Below are positions 19,359-28,774 of a stretch of 64,000 nucleotides of DNA, in pieces. Source of the DNA: Candidatus Shapirobacteria bacterium (GTDB lineage: Bacteria; Patescibacteriota; Microgenomatia; UBA12405). Numbering within the stretch: the stretch's first letter is position 1; the number at the start of each line of letters is the position of its first letter. Below the pieces are notes generated by a model, which had not been told where the DNA came from, searched no databases, and saw only the letters and a program-made list of their open reading frames with translations. The DNA lies in assembly GCA_009885205.1 (NCBI GenBank), contig VFLE01000055.1, forward strand, positions 11,236 through 75,235, in the 5' to 3' direction. The translations under genes were made by a program, and so were the position numbers.

Positions 19359-20531
19359 TTATTTGATGATTTCGGTAATGGCACCAGCACCAACAGTTAG
19401 ACCACCTTCGCGGATAGCGAAACGGAAGCCTTTCTCCATAGCAACAGGTTTTATTAACTTGATAATAACGTTAGCGTTGTCGCCGGGCATGACCATTTCC
19501 ACACCTTCGGGAAGGGTAACATCACCGGTAACATCGGTAGTTCTAATAAAGACTTGAGGTCGATAACCAGTAAAGATTGGAGTATGGCGACCACCTTCTT
19601 CTTTTTTAAGTAAAAGGACTTCGGCTTTAAACTCGGTATGAGGAGTAATTGATCCTGGTTTGGCTAAAACTTGACCACGTTCAATATCGTCTTTTTCGAC
19701 TCCACGAAGGAGCAATCCGACATTATCACCAGCTTGACCTTGGTCAAGTTGTTTGTGGAACATTTCAACTCCGGTAACAACGGCTTTTTTGGTAGGACGA
19801 AGACCAACTATTTCAATTTCGTCGTTAATTTTGATAATACCGCGTTCAATTCGGCCGGTAGCAACAGTTCCTCGACCCTTGATCGAGAAAACATCTTCCA
19901 TCGGCATCAAGAAAGGTAGATCAAGTTCACGCTTAGGTTCAGGAATAGAGGTGTCTAGAGCCTCCATTAACTTTCCGATTGATTCGACACCATCAGCATC
20001 TCCATTGAGAGCTTTAAGTGCAGATCCACGGATAATTGGGATAGAATCACCTGGGAAACCGTATTTGGTTAACAAATCGCGGATTTCCATTTCGACGAGA
20101 TCTAAAAATTCTGGATCAGTAACGAGATCAACTTTGTTTAAGAAAACAACGAGAGCAGGAACGTTAACCTGTTTGGCTAACAAAACGTGCTCACGAGTTT
20201 GTGGCATGGGACCGTCTGGAGCAGAAACAACAAGAATTGCACCGTCCATTTGAGCAGCACCAGTGATCATGTTTTTGACATAATCGGCGTGACCAGGACA
20301 GTCAATGTGAGCATAATGACGGTTAACAGTCTCGTATTCAACGTGGGAAATAGCAATAGTAACAATCTTTGACGCATCACGAACAGTACCGCCTTTGGCG
20401 ATATCGGCGTATGATTTTGGATTACCTTGAACTTTTAAAATGGCCGCAGTTAAGGTAGTTTTTCCATGGTCGACGTGACCGATGGTACCAACGTTAACAT
20501 GGGGCTTGTTTCTTTTATATGTGTCTGCCAT
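19359..20531 (-). CDS. tuf: Elongation factor Tu
   Basis: 390 aa with G1 [14 protein letters not shown] and NKVD motifs and full domains II and III. Confidence 0.95.
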   Translation of the reverse strand: MADTYKRNKPHVNVGTIGHVDHGKTTLTAAILKVQGNPKSYADIAKGGTVRDASKIVTIAISHVEYETVNRHYAHIDCPGHADYVKNMITGAAQMDGAILVVSAPDGPMPQTREHVLLAKQVNVPALVVFLNKVDLVTDPEFLDLVEMEIRDLLTKYGFPGDSIPIIRGSALKALNGDADGVESIGKLMEALDTSIPEPKRELDLPFLMPMEDVFSIKGRGTVATGRIERGIIKINDEIEIVGLRPTKKAVVTGVEMFHKQLDQGQAGDNVGLLLRGVEKDDIERGQVLAKPGSITPHTEFKAEVLLLKKEEGGRHTPIFTGYRPQVFIRTTDVTGDVTLPEGVEMVMPGDNANVIIKLIKPVAMEKGFRFAIREGGLTVGAGAITEIIK

Positions 20532-20585
20532 ATTTTTTGAAGATTAAATTTATTAACAATTAATTATACGCGAAAAAGCTTTAAG

Positions 20586-20614
20586 ATTGTATCAGCTGAA
20601 TACAACGTTTGCAA
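20586..20614 (-). promoter_or_regulatory. Sigma-70-like promoter upstream of tuf (TTGCAA-N17-TGaTACAAT)
   Basis: The minus strand reads tcattcTTGCAAacgttgtattcagcTGaTACAAT, about 50 nt upstream of the tuf ATG, in the fusA-tuf spacer. Confidence 0.45.
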
Positions 20615-20627
20615 GAATGAGATTTGA

Positions 20628-22733
20628 CTATTTTGTACTAGTCTTAATAGTTAACTTTTCTTGTATATCACGAGGCACTGGATCGTAGTGTGATGGTTCC
20701 ATGTAGAATGAACCGCGACCTTGGGTGAGCGATCGGATGACAGTGGCGTAACCGCGGACGTTGTCGAGAGGGATAGTAGCAGTAATGGTAGTAAAACCAA
20801 AAGAGTCAGTAGTTCCGCCAATTTGACCACGACGAGAAGACAAATCGCCAATAACTGTGCCCATAAATTCGGAAGGAACGGCGACCTCCATTTTCATGAT
20901 TGGTTCGAGTACTAACGGATTGGCAAAACCAAAGGCATCTTTGATAGCATAGTTACCGGCTAATTTAAATGCTTGTTCGGATGAATCAACATCATGATAG
21001 GTACCGTCATAAACAGTGACTTTAATATCAGTACAGGGATAACCAGCGATAATACCCTTGGTTAGGGTTTCGCGAACACCTTTTTCGATGGCGGGAATAA
21101 AGTTGCTAGGAATGGCACCACCCTTGACGGCGTTAACAAACTCGATGCCTTCACCTCGGGCTTTGGGCTCGACATGAATTTTACAGTGTCCATATTGACC
21201 ATGACCACCAGATTGGTGGATATATTTACCCTCACCATCGGCATTAATCGAAATAGTTTCCCGATAAGCGACTTGAGGGGCACCTGTTTTGACATTGACG
21301 CCAAATTCACGACGGAGACGATCAACAATAATTTCGAGATAGAGTTCACCCATACCAGCGATGATGGTTTGACCAGTTTCATGATTGAAAGAGACTTGAA
21401 AAGTAGGATCTTCTTGAGATAACTTATTTAAGGCTTGACCCATTTTTTCCTGATCATCGGCAGTTTCTGGCTCAATAGAGAGGGAAATAACTGGTTCGGG
21501 AAACTGAATTGGGGATAAAGAAATAGGATGATTTTTATCGCAAAGAGTGTCGCCGGTGTAAGAATCTTTAAGGCCGATACAGGCAATTATTTCTCCAGCA
21601 TAACCCTCTTCTAGACCTTCGCGCTTGTCAGCGTGCATGAGCAGTAAACGGCCGATTCTTTCGGACTTTTGACGAGTTGAGTTATAAACTTCGGTACCAG
21701 TTTTGATGGTGCCCGAGTAAACACGAACATAGGAAAGAGTCCCAACGTGGGCATCGGTTTGAACTTTAAATAAAAGAGCCGAAAGAGGTTCATTATTCTC
21801 TGGTTTACGATAAAGTTTTTCACCAGTGCTTACGTCAAATCCCTCGATTGGAGGAAGGTCTAAAGGAGAAGGTAAGTAGTCGATAATAGCTTCTAAAATA
21901 GGATGAATACCTTTGTTGCGCCAGGCGGCTCCACAGTAAACTGGAAATAATTTTAATTTGATAGTGGCGGCACGGAGGGCAGATTTTAGTTCTGGTATAG
22001 AAATTTCCTCGTCATTTAAAAATTTTTCCATTAATTGTTCGTCTTCGCCAGCAATTTTTTCAACCATGACCGCTCGGGCTTTTTTGGCGGCTTCTAAATA
22101 CTCGGGAGTGACGTCTTTGACCGTAAATTCCATACCTTCTGGATCTTTGTCGTAGACAATCATTTTCATTTCCATTAAATCGATGACCCCAACATGGGCG
22201 TGTTCTTCACCAATTGGTAGAACAACAGGAACAATAGGACAGCGAAGTTTTTGGGTTATAGAATCGAGAGTGTTTTGAAACGAGGCCCCAACTTTGTCCA
22301 TTTTATTGACAAAAGCAATCCGAGGCACGCCATATTTGTCAGCTTGACGCCAGACAGTTTCAGATTGGGCCTGAACCCCAGCATTGCCGTCAAAAATCAT
22401 GATAGCGCCATCGAGAACGCGAAGTGAGCGTTCGACTTCGGCGGTAAAGTCAACGTGGCCGGGAGTGTCGATAATGTTGATACGATGATCTTTAAAAAAG
22501 GTGGTAATACAGGCAGATTGGATGGTGATTCCCCTTTCCCTTTCTTGGACCATGGAATCGGTAGTGGTAGTTCCTTCATCAACAGAACCAATTTTGTGAA
22601 TTTTACCAGTATAAAAGAGTAAACGTTCGGTAGTAGTAGTTTTACCGCCATCGATATGAGCAATAATACCGATGTTTCGGACTTTGTTCATGGGAACTGA
22701 ACGTTTTTTGGTGACAACAATTGCATCTGGCAT
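20628..22733 (-). CDS. fusA: Elongation factor G
   Basis: 701 aa with the G domain (AHIDGGKTT, DTPGH) and domains II-V. The true start may be the internal Met at 22691 (MNKVRNIGIIAH). Confidence 0.95.
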   Translation of the reverse strand: MPDAIVVTKKRSVPMNKVRNIGIIAHIDGGKTTTTERLLFYTGKIHKIGSVDEGTTTTDSMVQERERGITIQSACITTFFKDHRINIIDTPGHVDFTAEVERSLRVLDGAIMIFDGNAGVQAQSETVWRQADKYGVPRIAFVNKMDKVGASFQNTLDSITQKLRCPIVPVVLPIGEEHAHVGVIDLMEMKMIVYDKDPEGMEFTVKDVTPEYLEAAKKARAVMVEKIAGEDEQLMEKFLNDEEISIPELKSALRAATIKLKLFPVYCGAAWRNKGIHPILEAIIDYLPSPLDLPPIEGFDVSTGEKLYRKPENNEPLSALLFKVQTDAHVGTLSYVRVYSGTIKTGTEVYNSTRQKSERIGRLLLMHADKREGLEEGYAGEIIACIGLKDSYTGDTLCDKNHPISLSPIQFPEPVISLSIEPETADDQEKMGQALNKLSQEDPTFQVSFNHETGQTIIAGMGELYLEIIVDRLRREFGVNVKTGAPQVAYRETISINADGEGKYIHQSGGHGQYGHCKIHVEPKARGEGIEFVNAVKGGAIPSNFIPAIEKGVRETLTKGIIAGYPCTDIKVTVYDGTYHDVDSSEQAFKLAGNYAIKDAFGFANPLVLEPIMKMEVAVPSEFMGTVIGDLSSRRGQIGGTTDSFGFTTITATIPLDNVRGYATVIRSLTQGRGSFYMEPSHYDPVPRDIQEKLTIKTSTK

Positions 22734-22849
22734 AGGTTAAATAAATTTAAAATTTAGAATTTAAAAAACTAATAAAATAAAAAAATGAGCACTAAAAAGC
22801 CACATTTAAGTGAAATATGATAACACGAAAATATAAAAATTAATTGGTT

Positions 22850-23143
22850 TTAAATCTTTTTTTGTAAAATTCGATAAAAAGTTATGATTGAATATGGAAT
22901 AATTAAAAAAAATAAATATTCTTCAATGGGTAAATAGCCAATTGTTAAACCAATTAAACCAGTACCATTAAAACTCCAATGGCCACGATAAACAGCAAAA
23001 CTGTCCCACAGGGTACCAATAACAAAAAAAATTAAAGGAATTTGCAAACTTTCTTTCCGAGACTGATATAGATGAACGTGTAATTTCCAGTCAAAATATA
23101 GGGTAAATAAAAAAACTAACAATAAAATTGATATATATTCCAT
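22850..23143 (-). CDS. Small membrane protein with lycopene-cyclase-domain-like features
   Basis: 97 aa with 3 TM helices and a PIEEYLFFLIIPY motif, resembling the PxEE(x)xFF motif of CrtYc/CrtYd-type lycopene cyclase domain proteins. This is recalled from memory and no HMM search was run. Confidence 0.45.
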   Translation of the reverse strand: MEYISILLLVFLFTLYFDWKLHVHLYQSRKESLQIPLIFFVIGTLWDSFAVYRGHWSFNGTGLIGLTIGYLPIEEYLFFLIIPYSIITFYRILQKKI

Positions 23144-23161
23144 AGCTTTATTTTAAAGTAT

Positions 23162-24376
23162 ATGATTTATAATTGTTCAATGAATATTGCCATTGTTGGA
23201 GCGGGGATGACGGGATTGGTGGCAGGGTACAGGCTGAGTCAGAAGGGCCATGGGGTAACTATTTTTGAAAAAAGTAATGATATTGGGGGATTGATGGGGG
23301 GATTTAAAATTGGAAAAACTTCACTCGAAAAAGCCTATCATCATATTTTTTCGACAGACAATTATATTATTGATTTGGCAAAAGAGTTAAATTTATTTAA
23401 CAAAATATCGTGGCATGAGGAAAAGACGGCTTTGTTTTATGAGGGTGTGGTTTACCCATTTATGGGGATAATTGACCTATTAAAGTTCAAACCGTTGGAT
23501 TTTATCTCTAAAGTTAGACTGGGTTTAGTTAAAATATGGTTACAAAAAGATAATAATTGGCAAAAGTATGAGAACGAATTGGCCTATTTATGGATGAAAA
23601 AGTGGTGTGGTGAAAAGGCTTATAAAGTAATTTGGGAGCCGTTATTGCGAGGCAAGTTTCATGAAAAATATAAAGAAGTGTCCATGGCCTGGCTCTGGGC
23701 GCGGATTCACACTCGAGGAAATTCATCTAAACTAGGCTATTTTGAAGGAGGATTTAGAATTATGGCGGATGCACTTGCGAAACGGATAAAAGATAAAAGA
23801 GGAGAGATTAAACTAAACTTCAATGTTCAAACTTCAAACTTCAAAACAGAAGAATTTGACAAAGTTTTATATACAGGGGCAAGCAAAGAAATAGATTATT
23901 TGGGGGCGATTTGTGTAATATTTACCAGCAAACAAAGTTTAAGTAAATTTTATTGGCATAATATTAATGACAATAAATCCCCTTTCTTGGCTTTTATTCA
24001 ACATACTAATTTGATTGATAAAAAACAGTACGGGGGAAAACATGTTTATTACATGGGGACTTATATTCCAAATGAAGGTGGATTGATGGACAAATCAGAT
24101 GATCAAATTAAAAAACAGTTTTTTGATTATTTAAAAAATATATTTCCAAAATTTGATGAAAAAAAGATTGAGGAAAATTGGGTATTTAAGTTTAAAAATG
24201 CACAACATATAGTGACAAAAAACTACAAAACACCAATCCGCCAGATGGCGGACAAACTTCAAAAAAATATTTATCAATCTAATTTTGCGCAGATTTATCC
24301 GGAGGACCGTGGCACAAACTTTGCCGTCCGCGAGGGAAATAAAATTGCTAAAGTGATATTATCTAGCCATGAATAA
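23162..24376 (+). CDS. FAD/NAD(P)-binding oxidoreductase of the amine-oxidase / UDP-galactopyranose-mutase / CrtI superfamily
   Basis: 404 aa. N-terminal Rossmann IAIVGAGMTGLVAGYRL, ...EKSNDIGGL, an HHIF motif (Glf-like) and a C-terminal YPEDRGTNFAVREG. It is divergent from the 22850 ORF with an 18-bp spacer. Confidence 0.6.
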   Translation: MIYNCSMNIAIVGAGMTGLVAGYRLSQKGHGVTIFEKSNDIGGLMGGFKIGKTSLEKAYHHIFSTDNYIIDLAKELNLFNKISWHEEKTALFYEGVVYPFMGIIDLLKFKPLDFISKVRLGLVKIWLQKDNNWQKYENELAYLWMKKWCGEKAYKVIWEPLLRGKFHEKYKEVSMAWLWARIHTRGNSSKLGYFEGGFRIMADALAKRIKDKRGEIKLNFNVQTSNFKTEEFDKVLYTGASKEIDYLGAICVIFTSKQSLSKFYWHNINDNKSPFLAFIQHTNLIDKKQYGGKHVYYMGTYIPNEGGLMDKSDDQIKKQFFDYLKNIFPKFDEKKIEENWVFKFKNAQHIVTKNYKTPIRQMADKLQKNIYQSNFAQIYPEDRGTNFAVREGNKIAKVILSSHE

Positions 24377-24878
24377 AATTGATTTGATAATTGGTGATTG
24401 GAATTTATTTTTAAATAAAATTTTTTCTAATTTAAAATCAGTAAATATTGATGTTAAAGAATTTGACCTCGACCACATAGCTTATCGGGCAACAACAAAT
24501 GAGATGTTTGAATCAATGTCGTTAAAACTTGCGGAAATCGGAAATAAAATCCATCGAATAATAATTCGAAATCGTTTTATAGACATATATCAATTGAATG
24601 ATGAAATAGAATACAAAAATAGAAAAATTAAATTTATTGAGTTAATGGCACCAGCAGAAGGTGATCAATTTAGGCCAGGACTGGAACATGTCGAATTTGT
24701 AATTCAAGATAATCTCTATGGATTTGTGAAAAAACACAATAATATTAACTGGAATGTAAAATCAATTGACCGAGAAATTGGGGCTGAAGTCGGAATACTA
24801 TTTGGAAATGGAGCTAGTGTGAAATTCAAAAACCAAAATTTACTCAAAATCTTTCGGTTGGAAGACCAAAAGAATTAA
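24369..24878 (+). CDS. Hypothetical protein, possible VOC (glyoxalase-like) fold
   Basis: 169 aa. LDHIAYRAT and GLEHVEFVIQD are paired beta-alpha-beta-beta-beta-like metal-site motifs. This is a weak call. Confidence 0.35.
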   Translation: MNKIDLIIGDWNLFLNKIFSNLKSVNIDVKEFDLDHIAYRATTNEMFESMSLKLAEIGNKIHRIIIRNRFIDIYQLNDEIEYKNRKIKFIELMAPAEGDQFRPGLEHVEFVIQDNLYGFVKKHNNINWNVKSIDREIGAEVGILFGNGASVKFKNQNLLKIFRLEDQKN

Positions 24879-25738
24879 ATTAATTGCTTCTTTAATTCTA
24901 AAAGACCTTCGATAAGGGTTTTTGGAGAATAGCCAAAGTCGGTGATAAATTTTTGATTGGATAAAGATAAATTTGGGGCGTAGGGGCGGGCGTTGGGAGT
25001 CTTTAAATAATCGGCTAACGACGACGGTTGAACTAAGTTTTGGTCAAAATTAAAAGTTTGAGCGATTAATTTACCCATTTCATAAACTGATTGAGAAGAA
25101 GAACCGACTAGATGATAAATACCTGATTTGGTGTCATTAATTATTTTTCGTAGACCTAGGGCAATATCGTCGATAAAAGTAGGAGTGGTGATTTGATCGG
25201 TAAATAATTTACAGGTTTCGTTATTTTTTAATTTACTTATTATTTTTCTAACTAAATCTATTTTTAAATCGAACTTGGCGCGGTAGGGTGAGGCGATGCG
25301 AATAATAGTAAAATTGTTGGGAATTAATTTTTCGGCCAAATCTTTGGTTTGGGCATACCAGTCTAAAGGCTTTGGAATATCAGTTTCGATGTAGGGAGTG
25401 TCTTTTGAACCATCAAAAACATAGTCGGTGGAAATATGGATTAAATGTTTGCCGTACTTTTGACATAAATTAACAATATTTTGAGTGCCGACAACGTTGA
25501 GTTGATAGCAGAGACCGTTTTTATCCCCTTTTTGATCCCAGGCGGCATTGGTGTCAGTAAAGGCGGCTAAATGTAAAACAACATTGCCAGTAAAATGGGC
25601 AAAGACTGATTCTAAAGTCTCTGGTTTTAAAATATCAAAACCAGTATCGATGGATAAATCGGTAAAATTTATGTCAGGATTTAGCTCGACTATACGAGAA
25701 CCAACTAGACCAGATAAACCTGTACCAATTATTTCCAT
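24875..25738 (-). CDS. rfbD: dTDP-4-dehydrorhamnose reductase
   Basis: GTGLSGLVGSRI Rossmann fold, STDYVFDG and YAQTK. The start is set at the internal Met (25738), giving an ATGGAAATAA overlap with the rfbC stop. The track ORF extends to 25828. Confidence 0.8.
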   Translation of the reverse strand: MEIIGTGLSGLVGSRIVELNPDINFTDLSIDTGFDILKPETLESVFAHFTGNVVLHLAAFTDTNAAWDQKGDKNGLCYQLNVVGTQNIVNLCQKYGKHLIHISTDYVFDGSKDTPYIETDIPKPLDWYAQTKDLAEKLIPNNFTIIRIASPYRAKFDLKIDLVRKIISKLKNNETCKLFTDQITTPTFIDDIALGLRKIINDTKSGIYHLVGSSSQSVYEMGKLIAQTFNFDQNLVQPSSLADYLKTPNARPYAPNLSLSNQKFITDFGYSPKTLIEGLLELKKQLI

Positions 25739-26271
25739 GAATCGAAAGTGGGTAATAATTTGTCTTTGTCGGATAAGACGGGAACAACATCCAGAGGCCA
25801 AGTGACATTTAAGGTTAGGTCGTTCCAAATAATTCCCCGTTCGGATGGTTTATCATAATAATTATCGCATTTATAGGAAAAAATTACGTCTGGAGTGAGA
25901 GTTATAAAACCGTGAAGAAAATCACGGGGGATAAAAAGCATATGATTGTTTTCACCTGATAATTCAAACCCCTCCCAAACACCAAAAGTAGGCGAGTTGG
26001 GTCGCATATCAACGGCGACATCAAAAATTTTACCTTGAATTACTCTAACTAATTTGGCTTGGGATGATTCCCCCGCTTGTAAATGTAAACCTCGGAGAGT
26101 ACCAATTTCTGCTGAAAAAGATTGATTATCTTGGACAAATTTGGCAGTAATACCAGCTTGGTTAAAAACTTTCTCACTATATGATTCAAAAAAGTTGCCA
26201 CGATTGTCACCAAAAACTTGGGGTTTGATCAAAAATAAATCTTTGATTTTTGATGACTCAATAAATTCCAT
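25729..26271 (-). CDS. rfbC: dTDP-4-dehydrorhamnose 3,5-epimerase
   Basis: 180 aa cupin. RGLHLQ...QAKLVRVIQGKIFDVAVDMRPNSPTFG. Confidence 0.85.
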   Translation of the reverse strand: MEFIESSKIKDLFLIKPQVFGDNRGNFFESYSEKVFNQAGITAKFVQDNQSFSAEIGTLRGLHLQAGESSQAKLVRVIQGKIFDVAVDMRPNSPTFGVWEGFELSGENNHMLFIPRDFLHGFITLTPDVIFSYKCDNYYDKPSERGIIWNDLTLNVTWPLDVVPVLSDKDKLLPTFDSWK

Positions 26272-26273
26272 TT

Positions 26274-27641
26274 TTATATAGTTGGAGTTGGAGTGGGCTT
26301 AGGAGTACTAGTAGCAACCTTGGTTGGGGTGACGGTTGTTTTTGGAGTTGGAGTGGTAGCAGTAGTGGGGGCGGCAGCACCGGTTTTGAGGTCGGTACCA
26401 ATGACAAAGACGACATCATAAGTGGAATTTGCCTTAAGATCGGTAATAGTAGCACCAGTGAAATCAGAAATCTTGCTGGTAAAATAGGCCGAAGAAGTAG
26501 AAAGTGATGGTTTTATTTGAATAGTATTGGCAGTAACTTTTTCGGTGGCATTGCCAATGTTGACACTAGTAAAACCTAATTTAGTTAATTTTTCCTTAAT
26601 CACGGCGGCTTGACCACTAATATCAGTGGCATTTAAGACCTGTAATTTTAGAGATTTTGATGGTTCAGTAACAATAATAGATGGGGTAGGAGTAACATCG
26701 ATGACATCAGTGGGAATGGGGGTAATCATGGCAACTTTAGGATCGGTGATATCACTGGGGTTATTATTTTGATTAAGAGCAAACCAGACGATAACGGCGG
26801 CAATAATAGCGGTAAATAAAGCAACTGCGATGATGGGGAGAATATTTTTTTTGTTTTCCATAGGTGCCCCTATTATACCAGCAACCGGAAGGGGAAGGTT
26901 GCCCTGAAATTTTAAATCAACAACTACCTGTGAATCGGTATAAATTGATTTTTCGATGTCGGGAACGTCAAAAATTGGTTCGAGAGAGGTAGGGAGAAAA
27001 ACCTTGGTAGCTGGGGTACCAAAATAGGCTTGAGAGTAATTGATAATCTTTTTGATATCGGGAAGTGATTTTTTGACGATTGAGGTGAGGTAGACCTTGC
27101 CTTGAAAACCCAAGGTGACGAGATATTCTGATTCGAGTGGGTAAAAAACAAAATAAGGTTTATCATAAAAGTTGTCAAAAAGTTTTATTAATCCCTCAGA
27201 CAAGGCAAAATATGATAGTTTTAAGTTTAGAGCGGTTAGATTTTTTAGGAGAGGGGCCAGTTTGACTTGATCAAAAATACGAGCTTGGATTAAGGTTTTG
27301 TCGCCTTGGGGGACAATTTCGTAAGTAACTTGGGAGGGAATAATTTCAAAGGGAGCAGTACCCTTAGCCAAGGTAACGACTTCGTCGAGGCTGACAGAGG
27401 TGACTTTTTCATCATAAACAAAAGATCGGGTAAAAACAACACTATCATCAATTAAGACCGAAGCTCCCAATATTTTTTTACTTTTTAAATAGACGGATAA
27501 ACGGGCTAATTCGGATTCTGTTTGCTCTGCCCATAAATTTATTTCAAAAGAAATTGAATTGTCATTATTTTTGGCAAAATAAATTGATAGATTTTCGGCC
27601 TTGGGCCAAAAGACAATTTTGGAGAGATTGGTTGATGACAT
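26274..27641 (-). CDS. Membrane protein with a C-terminal LytR_C-like extracellular domain and a Pro/Thr-rich tail
   Basis: 455 aa. A cytoplasmic N-domain, one central TM helix (ILPIIAVALFTAIIAAVIVWF), then VLNATDISGQAAVIKEKLTKLGFTSVNIGNA (LytR_C-like) and a ...TPTPKPTPTPTI tail. It is co-directional with rfbCD. Confidence 0.5.
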   Translation of the reverse strand: MSSTNLSKIVFWPKAENLSIYFAKNNDNSISFEINLWAEQTESELARLSVYLKSKKILGASVLIDDSVVFTRSFVYDEKVTSVSLDEVVTLAKGTAPFEIIPSQVTYEIVPQGDKTLIQARIFDQVKLAPLLKNLTALNLKLSYFALSEGLIKLFDNFYDKPYFVFYPLESEYLVTLGFQGKVYLTSIVKKSLPDIKKIINYSQAYFGTPATKVFLPTSLEPIFDVPDIEKSIYTDSQVVVDLKFQGNLPLPVAGIIGAPMENKKNILPIIAVALFTAIIAAVIVWFALNQNNNPSDITDPKVAMITPIPTDVIDVTPTPSIIVTEPSKSLKLQVLNATDISGQAAVIKEKLTKLGFTSVNIGNATEKVTANTIQIKPSLSTSSAYFTSKISDFTGATITDLKANSTYDVVFVIGTDLKTGAAAPTTATTPTPKTTVTPTKVATSTPKPTPTPTI

Positions 27642-27731
27642 AAATTAATGATAGCAGAAAAAAATAAAAATATTTTGTGATTGGGTGATAAGTTTTTGAT
27701 TTTGTTTACTAATTTTGCTTGGGATATAGTG

Positions 27732-27759
27732 GTAGAGACGCCCCGCGGGGCGTCTCTAC
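27732..27759. repeat. REP-like perfect palindrome, family A (core ccccgcgggg), identical to 3098-3125
   Basis: 28-bp perfect inverted repeat, upstream of the 26274..27641 gene. Confidence 0.9.
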
Positions 27760-27826
27760 ATGAAAATTCCAAACAACAATAATTTACGAAAGTCAAAAGA
27801 CCACCCAAACAAAAATTGCTAAAGAA

Positions 27827-28105
27827 CTATTTACAATCAGTGATATCAAGTTTTACGGCCTCAGAGTTTCGAAGAATACAGCCAGTTGAACTAAGTTGCG
27901 TTATACCCCGACAACCGTCTAATATACCTGCACCAATAATTTGTTCTACTGGAATAACACATTTAGCTTTACCAACGGTATCTTCTTGATATGGTTCTCG
28001 ACTAACAATGGGAACTAATTTTGCAATTTCTTCGTCTGAAAGACCTCGTAAAACTGGGCAAAAATTGCGAACGTCAGCTAATTTATGCATAGCATATATT
28101 AACAT
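27827..28105 (-). CDS. Small cysteine-containing hypothetical protein (about 90 aa)
   Basis: The track ORF runs 27827..28144, but its first 13 codons are the rpsG terminator hairpin. The start is therefore taken as an internal Met (MLIYAMHKLADV...). The product has 5 Cys and no recognised domain. Confidence 0.3.
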   Translation of the reverse strand: MLIYAMHKLADVRNFCPVLRGLSDEEIAKLVPIVSREPYQEDTVGKAKCVIPVEQIIGAGILDGCRGITQLSSTGCILRNSEAVKLDITDCK

Positions 28106-28135
28106 AACCAAAAATCCCCCATTTCTGGGGGATTT
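28104..28135 (-). terminator. Intrinsic terminator downstream of rpsG
   Basis: Minus strand: AAATCCCCCA-gaaa-TGGGGGATTT followed by TTTTGGTT. This separates rpsL-rpsG from the inserted island and fusA-tuf. Confidence 0.6.
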
Positions 28136-28153
28136 AAAAATCAATTGATTTAT

Positions 28154-28636
28154 TTACCATCGCATGTGGGCGAAGGCTTTGTTGGCTTCAGCCATACGTT
28201 CGACTTCGGTGCGTTTGCTGATTGAAGCACCTTCGTTGTTGAGAGCTGATTGGAGCTCGGCGGCGAGCTTGAGACCAAAAGAGTGATATTGTTTATTGGC
28301 CTTAGCGCGGGCAGAATTAATTAACCAGCGAATAGCCAGGGAATATTGACGACTACCTCGAACTGGAGTGGGAACTTGGTAGACAGCACCACCAATGCGA
28401 CGAGGACGGACCTCGACTTTTGGTTTAATATTGTCCAAAGCTTGTTCGAGAGTGACCAGAATATCTTCACTTTTAGTTTCTTTTTTAAGAATTTCTAGGG
28501 CTTGATAAACTTGTTTTTGGGCAGCTGACTTTTTGCCGTCCATAATTGAGCGGTTAATAAGCTTGGCGACTATTTCACTGTGATAAAGAACATCGGGTTC
28601 TAAAATTCGTGGAGTTATTTGACCTTTTCTGGACAT
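28154..28636 (-). CDS. rpsG: 30S ribosomal protein S7
   Basis: MSRKGQITPRILEPDVLYHSEIVAKLINRSIMDGKKSAAQK. The start is set at the internal Met. Confidence 0.9.
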   Translation of the reverse strand: MSRKGQITPRILEPDVLYHSEIVAKLINRSIMDGKKSAAQKQVYQALEILKKETKSEDILVTLEQALDNIKPKVEVRPRRIGGAVYQVPTPVRGSRQYSLAIRWLINSARAKANKQYHSFGLKLAAELQSALNNEGASISKRTEVERMAEANKAFAHMRW

Positions 28637-28663
28637 AAATTTAAATTTCAAATATCAAATTTA

Positions 28664-28757
28664 CAAGTTCCAATCAAGTTCCAAATTTTCAAATTCCAAA
28701 TTGGAAATTGTTATTTGTTGATTGTGATTTGTTTGGAAATTGTTTTTTTGGAAATTG
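28664..28757. promoter_or_regulatory. Array of a 10-mer (TTGGAA[A/C]TTG) in the rpsL-rpsG spacer: three inverted copies followed by three direct copies
   Basis: caagttccaa at 28664 and 28675, caaattccaa at 28690, and ttggaaattg at 28701, 28733 and 28748. These include the 17-bp palindrome aattccaa-a-ttggaatt. The position corresponds to the S7 autoregulatory site of E. coli. Confidence 0.4.
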
Positions 28758-28774
28758 TTTTTTAATGAATAATT

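Noticed and set aside
19753-20253. Long antisense ORFs inside tuf, fusA, rpoB, rpoC and pnp (e.g. 19753..20253+, 57559..58305+, 33704..34048+, 26924..27178-)
   Set aside because: They are embedded opposite highly conserved genes and have biased, low-complexity Ser/Thr/Arg-rich translations typical of antisense frames.
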